A stretch of 64,000 nucleotides of DNA from Schizochytrium sp. TIO01. Lineage: Eukaryota; Protista; Bigyra: Labyrinthulomycetes. Below the pieces are notes generated by a model that saw only the letters and a list, made by a program, of their open reading frames with translations, was not told the origin of the DNA and did not search any database. The first letter of the stretch is position 1. Each line of letters begins with the position of its first letter. Below are positions 21,772 through 31,473 of this stretch, piece by piece. Made by a program: the position numbers and the translations under genes. The stretch spans positions 1,488,001-1,552,000 of the forward strand of contig SMSO01000034.1 in the NCBI GenBank assembly GCA_004764695.1, written 5' to 3'.

Positions 21772-22686
21772 ATGGATAGCACAGAAGAGAAGCTTGCCGA
21801 TCTTGGCAATATCAATCTCAACTATGATGACGACGCTGGGGAGGAAGGGTATGATGAGGAAGAGGATGAATACAAAGAAGGCGATTCTGACCTCAATGAG
21901 GTCAACGAACAGGCTGACTCCTCCACGACAGTAAAGACGAAAGGAGCAAAATCCAAATCAACCAAACGCACAACAAGAAAGAAAAGGAGCAAGAACAAAC
22001 CAAAACCCGGGCCTTCGTCTCTTTTTGCAAACGGCGCGTACGAATTGGCTATAAGTGAAAGCAAAATCGCTGAAAGTGAAGCTCTAGATGATGACGATCC
22101 AGATGCCGCAACTCGCCGCAAGCTTCTCTCAAGATCTCAACGACTTATGGAACAGCGTTTCCAACAGCGAGAGGCAGTAAAACGAGAGCTCTTACAGTCT
22201 CGCGCGGACCAGCGCGCTAAACTTCAGCGCCAGCGAATCAAGTCAGAAGTAACCTGGAAGGCTAAGCTAGAGAAGTCTCCATTCTTGGTGAACCTTATTG
22301 CCGAAAATGAACGCATTGAGGAAGAAAACAAGGCTCGTTTGGAAGAGGCTGCACGCCATGAAATGCGCATCGAGCGTCGACGTAGCAAAGTTAAAAATGA
22401 TATCATTCTGAAGGCCCTTCAGGAGGCTTCAGACCTAGACGCCCTGCGAGCAGAAAAACGTCTAATTATGGAGGAGGAACGACGTCTTAAAGCTTTGATC
22501 GAGGTTGAAAAGACAAACCTCAATCGCAAACAGGATCTTATGGCTGCGATGCGTGCAGAAAAACAGCGAAAGCAAATGCAGCAAGAGTTCAGAAGGCAAA
22601 AGCGGATGCAATTTGAGAAAGAAATGCGCGAGCAGCGCAAGCTTGCTCTTAAAGCCAAGCTTGGCCTTGAAGATCCGAGTCCGTGA
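21772..22686 (+). CDS. Coiled-coil protein with acidic N-terminus, possibly flagellar
   Basis: 304-aa ORF with a long E/R/K helix and block KSPFLVNLIAENERIEEE. Divergent from CFAP73. Confidence 0.75.
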   Translation: MDSTEEKLADLGNINLNYDDDAGEEGYDEEEDEYKEGDSDLNEVNEQADSSTTVKTKGAKSKSTKRTTRKKRSKNKPKPGPSSLFANGAYELAISESKIAESEALDDDDPDAATRRKLLSRSQRLMEQRFQQREAVKRELLQSRADQRAKLQRQRIKSEVTWKAKLEKSPFLVNLIAENERIEEENKARLEEAARHEMRIERRRSKVKNDIILKALQEASDLDALRAEKRLIMEEERRLKALIEVEKTNLNRKQDLMAAMRAEKQRKQMQQEFRRQKRMQFEKEMREQRKLALKAKLGLEDPSP

Positions 22687-22994
22687 TTTTTTCTTCTATT
22701 CACCTTTTGTGCAACGAGGGCCATTTCGTATCATTATATTTGTCATGCTGACATACTTTTCAACCGGAGGAAACTAACAAAATGCTCAAATTTCACATTT
22801 GTAGCTTCTCTTTCGGAAGGGAAGATCTGACATTATAGTACTTTAACTGCTTTTTTTTTAAAAGTTGAGTAATCAATCAAAAATTTGACGCTCATTTTCT
22901 TGTTTGATAATCTTCCTTGACCTGTAAATTGTTCTACAATTGCAAAATCATAAGTAAATTTATTGGATTTCTTATATGAAGCAATTCATTCTCT

Positions 22995-24233
22995 TTAGAA
23001 AAGTAAATCGACAGTCATATGTAGGTGGATAAAGGAGGCAAGTTCACTTTCGTGGGCATATGCAGTATTTGAGAAAAACGTCCATCGAAGCTTTTGCAAT
23101 TCAGTGGGCTTTGAGCTATCAGGTAGTGCAAGGGTAACAAAGTCCATATCCATTGCCGCTTTCATAGCTTGGCGTGCACCGAAGCTCAGGTCTGTTCCAA
23201 CATCAAGCATGATAATTTTGTTGCCTTGAGCGAGGTTAAATGCAAGCTCACATACACCTTGTGCATAATTCACATCATCGATGTCATCCTCGGTTTCGAC
23301 ACATAGTGTTACGCGGTGAGCTTCGCAAGCTTGTGTATTTTGGATCTCTCGAGGACACAACCCAATAATATCAGGAAGAACTTTGGGTAAGCTGCTCAGA
23401 CCCTGAAAAATAGAATCAACACCGCCATGGTCTAGCACAATGAAATTACCATGTAATGCTGCCTGTAAGACTGCCGTTGCGATACTCAGACGCTCAATAC
23501 GGTCTTTGCGATGACCAGTAATGATAAGGACCCGCTCAGGTTGTCCAGCTCTTCGACCCACACCGTGATACATCCAAAGATGGTGTTTTAATATAGCTTG
23601 CGCAAAATCAGGTTCGGCAAGCTCGCCACACGTCGCTTGGCATATTTTACCAAGCTCATGGGCTCCAGGTGAGAAACACTCGTCACCGGGAATTTGACTC
23701 ATGTCGAAGTGTTCTCGCTTAATTACAGGTTTGAATTTAACCTTCCGAGGAGATTGAGCACCACCTTGAAGGTCCTTTTTCCCCTTTTGCGGACGCTTAG
23801 GAGATGTTTGATTATTGTTGGTACCTCCCTTGGGTTGGGGAGACTTTGGGCTTTGAGTATGTGATGTTGGTAAATCTGGAGGGTTCTTGCCTGCGTCGTT
23901 TTTAGCTTGTAGAGCTGGGCGATCTTCTTTTTTTTCTTTCACCGATTCAAGTCCAGGGGGATTTGGTGCTGCATTGTTTCTCAAGCTACTTTGCACAGTG
24001 AGCGAGCGATCAATTTCTGCGAGAAATTTGACTTCTGCTTTTTCAAGTTCAATATCCTGTATCTCGTCCAATACGTGGTCTTCCACCTCAATGTCAGATA
24101 CTGGTGATGTTTCGTCTAAAATCTTGCTTAAATCTGGTGGCGCTAGCTTGCTTCCCTCATTGCTTAAAGTAGGACTTTTGGCTTCTGTCTCACCATCCTT
24201 TTGATCAGTTGCCTTGGTCTCTTCTTCAGGCAT
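22995..24233 (-). CDS. Protein with disordered N-terminus and divergent SLOG/LSDAT-like C-terminal domain
   Basis: Long ORF, likely ATG at 24233 (MPEEETK). C-terminal alpha/beta blocks VLIITG, AALHGNFIVLDHGG, PDIIGLCP, EAHRVTLCV, ELAFNLAQGNKIIML, VTLALPDSS are colinear with the recalled LSDAT consensus. CDS is confident; the domain call is tentative. Confidence 0.6.
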   Translation of the reverse strand: MPEEETKATDQKDGETEAKSPTLSNEGSKLAPPDLSKILDETSPVSDIEVEDHVLDEIQDIELEKAEVKFLAEIDRSLTVQSSLRNNAAPNPPGLESVKEKKEDRPALQAKNDAGKNPPDLPTSHTQSPKSPQPKGGTNNNQTSPKRPQKGKKDLQGGAQSPRKVKFKPVIKREHFDMSQIPGDECFSPGAHELGKICQATCGELAEPDFAQAILKHHLWMYHGVGRRAGQPERVLIITGHRKDRIERLSIATAVLQAALHGNFIVLDHGGVDSIFQGLSSLPKVLPDIIGLCPREIQNTQACEAHRVTLCVETEDDIDDVNYAQGVCELAFNLAQGNKIIMLDVGTDLSFGARQAMKAAMDMDFVTLALPDSSKPTELQKLRWTFFSNTAYAHESELASFIHLHMTVDLLF

Positions 24234-25017
24234 CGTAGTGACAGGCGAGTAATATAGTAGACCTTCCCAGTGTTTTGACGCTGTGTTGCTGTGTCTCAAG
24301 GTCTTTGGGGCACGCCTGACTTTCTTGCGTGCGCTTGAACCTTGATTGGCTCGTTCGCAAAGGACCCGTTCGTAAAGGACTTGGACTATGTTTAACACCC
24401 CGTTCTAACTAAACGGTTCTCAGATGTGTGTGAACACGAATTTATTATAAGTACCATCGATCAGTACCTAGGTTTAACACTAAAAAAGCGTTCAACGTTG
24501 AACTCGACTGGGTCTTTCAACAACGGGGCGTCCTCGTAAAAACGATCACCTTTGCAGCAGATAAAGTTAGACGAAGCACATACTCCAGTGCTGTTGCTGG
24601 ACATGATTATTGTGGTGTTGTTACTTGAGTTGACTGGGATTTCACTTTTAGTTTGGTGTGATGACTAGTTATTTTTCAGTGTTTAAGAATAGATTTCTTA
24701 TAGTTGTAATGCTTGATTAAACAGAACAAACAGGGACCGTTCCTAGAACTATAGAAAAGCGATCTGTTATATATTTAGAACGATACTGACACGTTCCACA
24801 AACGTTCTCAAGGTTACACAATATATGGTTTAGAACGATAGCTAATAGTTCTCCGAACGTTCGGATTTATAATGTATGTACGACTGTATGTAGCCTCGCT
24901 AATAAATACTATACTTATGATGCTATCGTAAATACAGGTCAAATTATCAAGCTCAAAACTTCGAGTAGCAAACACGAAACATCAAACCAAAACCAAAAAA
25001 CAAACTTGAACAAGGCA

Positions 25018-25451
25018 GATTTGCAACTTCTGGTTTAACGCCTTCATGTGTAAGTATTCATGCCCGAACTTGCCTATCCAGTCGCTTCAGGGATAGAGGG
25101 CTTCAAGGTCGTTCATGAGCTTCAAACGAAGCTGTGATTTGCAACTTCTGGTTTAGTGCCTACACAGGGGTAGGTATCCATGCCCGAACTTGCCTATCCG
25201 GCTACTTCAGGGACAGAGGGCTTCAAGATACATGGGCTTCAATATAAGCTGTGATTTGCAACTTCTGGTTTAGTGCCTACACAGGGGTAGGTATCCATGC
25301 CCGAACTTGCCTATCCGGCTGCTTCAGGGACAGAGGGCTTCAAGATACACGGGCTTCAATATAAGCTGTGATTTGCAACTTCTGGTTTAGTGCCTACACA
25401 GGGGTAGGTATCCATGCCCGAACTTGCCTATCACAGCTGCTTCAGGGACAT
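25018..25451. repeat. 117-bp tandem repeat, ~3.7 copies
   Basis: Units start at 25018, 25136, 25253 and 25370 (gatttgcaacttctggttt...). Copies 2-4 are nearly identical and copy 1 is diverged. The conserved unit has stops in all six frames. Confidence 0.95.
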
Positions 25452-25675
25452 AGGGGTGTATTAGACTTTTTTTTTTCTTTTTTTTTTTAATATTGTTAAT
25501 TTTAGTCTTAACTATTGAAATATCTCATGCTTTGTAATTTAACAAAATAGCAATGACTGTGATAGATCACTATTACAGTTAGTTAAAAATTACTAGACAA
25601 ATGAAGATATGAAGAAAGAAGCTAGGCTGCATAAATTTGGTGTATTATGGGAAACAAACCGTTTTCTCTGCCATC

Positions 25676-26805
25676 ATGAAGTCTCTTATAATACTGTCGA
25701 TGTCGATAATAGTACAACTGTATTTTTCTGTTATAGTTGTGAAAGGTTACGCCTTGCGTGGGAATTCTGGTATGGAAATTGAAAAAGTACTCAAGGGATC
25801 TTATGAGGTGAACTTCTGGTCTGCTTACTCGTTGAATTTTAATGTTGGTCTACAGTTGATTATATCATTCCATGTGCCTGCATCCGTTATGTGTAAACGT
25901 AGATGCTCCAGTATGGAATACTGTGTAGTTTCTATTATTGAAGAACATGAAGGTGTTTGCTATCAATACAAAGATATAGCTCCTGTTAATTACCATGATA
26001 CAATATCACATGAATACTGGGAAAGCGTCACGAAGCACCACGATGTAAAAAGCCTTGGACCTTGTAGTTAATGGTTATAAATATTCACTAAAAGCACTAA
26101 TAGGATAGAGATGCTTTTACTTTTTCTTATTTCTGATATGATTTTTATTACAGAATCGAGCGTATTGTTGGGCCCTTGTCAGATTCGAGCCTGCTCACGC
26201 CAGATGCAAGCATTATGAGAATGTCTTTTATCACACGAAATAAGTGCATAAAGACTAGATCTACTTAGTCTAATCCGAAGTTTTAAATCTATCTCTCTTC
26301 TCATTTTTCTTTTCCAGGATAGGTATTTCGATGATCTTAATCCGAACAGAATTACAGAGATTTATAATGAAATTTGTGTTGTACTCACGAAATCTCGATA
26401 AATAACATTAGACAAACAAGAATGTGGAGACAGCTTCAAATTCCAGTTGATTTTTACAAAAAAGTGCAAAAGGATGCAGCTAACGTGATGCATGGAGATT
26501 TTGATCTAAATCGTAATAAGGACAAGGTTATCATATACTGTTCTAAGGGATATTACAAAGGTGATACACTGCAGCAAATAGTTCGTATGAATTTAATGGA
26601 CTGAAATGAAACATTGATTGCCTAAGATTTAGTGTGTTTCTTAAGGTGAGAGTTCTTTTCTTAAGTGAGTAGGTTGGGGTCATCGCCGATAAGGATCGTG
26701 GTGTAATTTGGAGAGGAAAGAGTGGGCTGGTTTGTAATGAGCTTTGGGAGAACTGTGACATATCAAAGCATAAAATATCTAGAAAGTGTACGGGGTTGAG
26801 CATTT
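25676..26805 (+). pseudogene. Degenerate, intron-rich, AT-rich gene for a secreted Cys-rich (PAN/apple-like) protein
   Basis: ATG 25676 gives a signal-peptide-like MKSLIILSMSIIVQLYFSVIVVKG-YALRG and a C-x3-C-x5-C-x10-C pattern. Polypyrimidine acceptors at 25855, 26153 and 26317. Downstream frames are interrupted by stops or a frameshift. Confidence 0.35.
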
Positions 26806-26885
26806 AGAAGGTATAGCGTGTATTGTTTTATTTTCTTTCGTCCGATTGTTAATCAAGTTTTGTATATGTTTTGTAGAGCGAACCC

Positions 26886-28550
26886 TCATCGAAAGCGCTC
26901 AAGAGAATCACGTACAAGAGGCTCCAGCAGTCTTGCGTTGGCACGCTGATCACTAGCGCGCATAACCTGACCCATAAAGCTACCAAGAAGAGCATCCTTT
27001 CCGCCCAGAAAATCCTTCACAAGTTTTTTGCCCTTTGGAGTAGCTGCAATTTGGTCGATGACCTTCATACTGAGCTCCCGAAGAGCACCCTCGTCGTTAA
27101 TCTGATATAAACCGTTTGCCTCAACAATGGAACGGGGGTCCCGCGCCTCGAGGTTGCCGATGTTATCACTGATAAGCTTTTTTGCAGTGAGACGAGAGAT
27201 CTCCTCTTCAGCGGTCATTTGCACAATATGAGCAAGGAATTGTGGGTGCAAGGTCTCGTGCAAGGCCAAAGTATCGTATCCCATGAGAACACTGCAAATC
27301 CAGCTAGAAGCTTGACTGGGGCCTCCAACTGGGGGCTTTGGAAGACTTTGTAAAGCTTCACAAACAGCATCGAAGTAAGGAATTGCACCAATCGTGTGGA
27401 AAAGAACAAGTGCATCATCCTCTGGTAATTCTAATCCGGGGCCTCGAAGCCTCGAAAGAATTGCTTCTGGCAAGGGCGGCATAGTGCGCTCAATTTCATC
27501 AATACGGCTCTGCTCAACAACGAGGGGGGGTAGGTCGGGATCTGGAAAGAAACGATAGTCTGCAGCACCTTCTTTGTCACGAAGCTGCCTTGAAATTCCC
27601 TCCAAGGCGTCGAAAGCACGAGTTTCTGCTGTCCTGGCAGGAGTGGGGATATCGTCGGGTTCTACATCCTTATATATCTCCGCAAGACGACTGGCCTCAT
27701 ACTCAACGGCACGGGAGACTGCGCGAATAGAGTTAAGGTTTTTTACTTCCACTCTGTGAGAATTGATGCCAGGGGCGTGCACAGAAACGTTCACATCAGC
27801 TCGTAGAGAGCCATCTTCCATATTACCATCACATGTACCCACCGTTCGGAGAAGTGTTTGAATAGTGCGAACAAACTCTGCAGCTTCAGCAGGAGATTCC
27901 ATGTCAGGTTCAGTGACAATTTCCATGACACCTGTGCCAGCCCGGTTCAAATCCAAGAGCTGCTTGCCTCCATCCAGTGTAGGAAGCATACGACCGGTAT
28001 CTTGCTCCAGCTGAATGCGGGTGATACGCACAATTCGTTCCGATGAGGCAGGAATAATAAGTTCAGGTCCTACAGATGCTTCGGTATCGTCACTTGGCGA
28101 TTTCTTTACCTTCTTGCTCTTCTTCTTGCTCTTCTTCTGTGCTTGCGCCTGTTGAGCAGCAGCATCCTCATCGGAAGTGCCCTTCACATACACATGGAGC
28201 TCACCTCCTGATACTACAGGCTGGCGCTGCTGGGTGATTTGAAATCCTAACGGCGAGTCTCCATAAAAGTAATGTTTCCGCTCGAATACCGAAAAGGCAT
28301 GAATCTGGCCCTTCAACGCGAGTCCAGTGCGGATTGCTTGATCAACGCAAGCAGCGTTGACTTGAGGCAACGTGCCTGGAACACCCGCGTCAAAGAGTGC
28401 AACTTGGTCATTAGGGTTGATTTGGTCATGTGCAAAGCTCGTTGATGATCCGGAAAAGAGCTTGCTCTTTGCCAGCACACGTGCGTGAATCTCAATACCA
28501 ACCTTGATGCGCCAGCGAAGAGCAGCCGCTGCAACAACCTGCGATGCCAT
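26886..28550 (-). CDS. gatB: Glutamyl-tRNA(Gln) amidotransferase subunit B, mitochondrial (GatB/PET112)
   Basis: Motifs VGIEIHA, KLFS, PGTLP, FERKHYFYGD, GFQITQ, QLEQDTG, DLNRAG, EIVTEPD, GSLRADVNVS, VEVKNLNS, DYRFFPDPDLPP, FMGQVM. Confidence 0.97.
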   Translation of the reverse strand: MASQVVAAAALRWRIKVGIEIHARVLAKSKLFSGSSTSFAHDQINPNDQVALFDAGVPGTLPQVNAACVDQAIRTGLALKGQIHAFSVFERKHYFYGDSPLGFQITQQRQPVVSGGELHVYVKGTSDEDAAAQQAQAQKKSKKKSKKVKKSPSDDTEASVGPELIIPASSERIVRITRIQLEQDTGRMLPTLDGGKQLLDLNRAGTGVMEIVTEPDMESPAEAAEFVRTIQTLLRTVGTCDGNMEDGSLRADVNVSVHAPGINSHRVEVKNLNSIRAVSRAVEYEASRLAEIYKDVEPDDIPTPARTAETRAFDALEGISRQLRDKEGAADYRFFPDPDLPPLVVEQSRIDEIERTMPPLPEAILSRLRGPGLELPEDDALVLFHTIGAIPYFDAVCEALQSLPKPPVGGPSQASSWICSVLMGYDTLALHETLHPQFLAHIVQMTAEEEISRLTAKKLISDNIGNLEARDPRSIVEANGLYQINDEGALRELSMKVIDQIAATPKGKKLVKDFLGGKDALLGSFMGQVMRASDQRANARLLEPLVRDSLERFR

Positions 28551-28716
28551 GTTCTCGTTTGCCTTGAGAAAAACTGTCGCCTCTTGTTGTAACCCAAACT
28601 AATTACTCTCTTTAAATGGATTGCTTTCCGAAACTATTTGTAGCTGCAATCTCTGGATTTATTTGAAGTTTTTGCTAATATTAAACTCGCAATCTTACTA
28701 TCAAGACGACTATAGC

Positions 28717-29190
28717 TTAGTTGAGTAACGGAATGTCCTCGTAGAGCCACTTGTCTTCCTCGATCTCTTGTTCAAGTAGCCGGAGGTTATCCAGCATATC
28801 ACCTACAAGGACCCTGCGTGCGCCCAAGCCAAGCTCTCGAGTCCGAGCCTGAACTTCGATGCGCTCCAAGAGTGCCTCTGTGGCGATTTCCTGGTCAGCG
28901 GAGTGTTTCTTGTCTGCCGAAGACCTGTGCGATCTCTGTGAAAGTACGCCTCCCAAAGCGGTGTTGGAATTCGAAATAGAGGTCGAAGACGAGGTGCGCC
29001 AGGAGTTTGCAGAAGCAGGTCTCGACCCAGGAGTGGCCGTCGCAGCAGCCGCCGGAGATGCCTCTGAGAAACGAGGAGGCTGAAGACGCTCGCGGCGAAC
29101 GCCACGATACGCAGCACGCGGGTCTGCAGTAGACCCTTCTCGAGATGAAGAACCCCCGCGACCACCGGATCCGCTCGGCGTCGTCCACAT
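28717..29190 (-). CDS. Small protein with APC16/SAMBA-like C-terminal helix
   Basis: 157-aa ORF with a disordered Ser/Gly N-terminus and C-terminus MLDNLRLLEQEIEEDKWLYEDIPLL. The family call is tentative. Confidence 0.55.
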   Translation of the reverse strand: MWTTPSGSGGRGGSSSREGSTADPRAAYRGVRRERLQPPRFSEASPAAAATATPGSRPASANSWRTSSSTSISNSNTALGGVLSQRSHRSSADKKHSADQEIATEALLERIEVQARTRELGLGARRVLVGDMLDNLRLLEQEIEEDKWLYEDIPLLN

Positions 29191-30287
29191 TGATGTCTGG
29201 GCAGTTCACAAAGAAATGCAAAACAACTGAGCACTCTGATGCAATGTGGTCTCTGCAAAGAATGTGATAAGTCCGTCAAACAGTCGGCTAAAACTCCTCC
29301 TGTAAGTGAAACTTATCTCTGCCAGAAGTAGATTATACGGACTGTAAATAGACTATTTCACGCACAACAGCACTATACCTTGGTCGCTGACAGTCAGTCA
29401 GTCAAACACCAATAGTTCCAGGAGTTCTGTAAGTTCTCAGTGTTCGGAGAGAAGATTGGGTTCTTGAGGTTCCCAAAGTTCTAAAGATGCTCAAAGTTCT
29501 TAGGTTGGGAAGAAAGGGAGAATGAGAAACCAGGATGGAGAAGGCTTTTAGAGAACGGAGAGCGCCAGCCAGCGCTGCTGCGAAGGGAGGGAGAAGGAGG
29601 CAGGCGACTGGAAAGAGGTAAGAGAGAAGACGAAGATGAGGATATGGATGGCTGAAGAATTCACGAGGGTGACTTCCTCGACTGCTGAGCTGTCCAGCCG
29701 GGTTGACGGTTTGTTGACTGTTTCTTTCTTTCTTTCTGGTTTCTTCAACAAGTTTTACAGCAACAACAAACAAAAAAATATTATTTTTGCCTAATTCTTA
29801 TGTATTACTACTACTCTTGCAGAGCAATGGGAATGCGTGACTCTTAGATGCTGTCAAAATGTCGTTTGGTCTTGAGGGCTGCAGACATGCTGTGCAAGAT
29901 TGTCAGATTGCTACGGAGGATTGCGCTATTTGCTTTCATCGCTTAATGATCGTGCAAAATAATACATAAAGTGTTTCAGCGAATAGGATATTCGATAGGG
30001 CATGCAAGTTAGCAATAAATTTAATGAGCTGCAATAGGATTATCGCTTGAGGGCAAAAACTAATCATTGCTTTTGCAGTAGCAACATATATTTTTGAAAG
30101 AAGAGTATTTACATGAACGAAATTGATTATGAAAAGCTGGTAGCAAGCCAGAAAATCGCGAATGCCTCTGTCTCTGTCAAGTTCGTACTTATTTACTTTC
30201 TTGATTTATTTTTTTTGGCAAAGAAACGAGTAAAGAGTCAACAGAAGAGAAACAACAATCAATACGAGACAATGAATCTTACAGTAT

Positions 30288-31223
30288 CTAGATAGACAGC
30301 ATCTTTCTGGAATCAGGTGCCATGGATTCATAGTATTTTTCCTTGAATTCCTCTATCCAGCCAAGCTCTCTGAGGAGCTCAGCGCAGGTCTGGTCACTAG
30401 GTCCACCGAGAAAGTGATCTCGATTGGAGGAGAAGCTGAGCCCAAGGTCCTCTCCAACAGGCTCCAAATTAATGACCACCCTAGGCACATTTCGAGCGGC
30501 AAGCATTGGGATCTGATTGGCTGGCGAAACTGTAAGACTAGTACCAATCACCACAACGCAATCAACCTCATTAGGGAAGTCGTCGTGCATGGCCCTAAAG
30601 AAGTCCTCTGGCAAATTGCGCCCGTAAAGCACTGTTGAAGGTTTAAGCCCAGGGCGTTTACAGGAAGGACATGGCACCATTGATGAGTCCTGTGGTGCTG
30701 ACTCGTCTTCACCATAGATATCGCGCACGTTCTCACGAAGCATCTTGACAAACACCTCACGGTCCACACTCTTTGAGCAAAACTCGCATGATATCTTTCC
30801 CAAGCTCCCATGGCAAGTCACAACTTTAGCAGGGTCAATACCAGTCATCATTTCAAGACCATCAATATTCTGCGAGTAGCATCTGCGAAGCTTGCCACGG
30901 TCATCAAGTTCTCTTAAGAAGTAATGCGCTAGTGAGGGTCTCCACCGACCCTCTGCAACGCCCAGAATAAAAGGCCTTCTTAGTTCGAGGTAAGGCAACT
31001 GGTTCTCACGAAAAAGAGACCAGGAAACTACGGTTGTGGGTTCTGCAGCCATTGCAGCGCGCTGATTTTGTGTGGCGGTCAACAGGTCTGGGCGCAACGT
31101 TGCGTACATGCCTCCTGGAGACCTGAAGTCCGGGATGCCGCTACCCACAGAAATGCCGGCGCCTAGAAGCACAGCTACGCGCCTGCTGGATCTCAACAAC
31201 TCTGCAACCTCTGCAACCGACAT
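30288..31223 (-). CDS. NAD-dependent deacylase, class I sirtuin (SIRT2/3/Hst2-like)
   Basis: Motifs GAGISVGSGIPDFRSPGG, YSQNIDGLE, CHGS, zinc CxxC...CxxC, GTSLTVSPA, PRVVINLE. Confidence 0.95.
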   Translation of the reverse strand: MSVAEVAELLRSSRRVAVLLGAGISVGSGIPDFRSPGGMYATLRPDLLTATQNQRAAMAAEPTTVVSWSLFRENQLPYLELRRPFILGVAEGRWRPSLAHYFLRELDDRGKLRRCYSQNIDGLEMMTGIDPAKVVTCHGSLGKISCEFCSKSVDREVFVKMLRENVRDIYGEDESAPQDSSMVPCPSCKRPGLKPSTVLYGRNLPEDFFRAMHDDFPNEVDCVVVIGTSLTVSPANQIPMLAARNVPRVVINLEPVGEDLGLSFSSNRDHFLGGPSDQTCAELLRELGWIEEFKEKYYESMAPDSRKMLSI

Positions 31224-31473
31224 GCTGGCAAAGGTACCTTACTCTACAAACCCCAAGATCTTCTGCAATGAGTTCCGACTCAGAGTGTCACTACCTCGTA
31301 GTTTTAGATTTGCTTCTTAAATTCAGAAAAGTGTTTTGTTCGCCTTGGAAATAACCTTTTCTTCTTGGTAGATCTTCGCACAAAAATCCACTCAAATCAA
31401 ATTATTCATTTCACGAAGAAGTCACCATTGCAAAGATCATCAAGAAAGCTGGATCGGAGCACAGTGGAGCACG

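Noticed and set aside
25018-25451. 117-bp array as CRISPR, 5S rRNA or coding repeat
   Set aside because: No unique spacers or cas genes, no 5S sequence motifs, and stops in all six frames of the unit.
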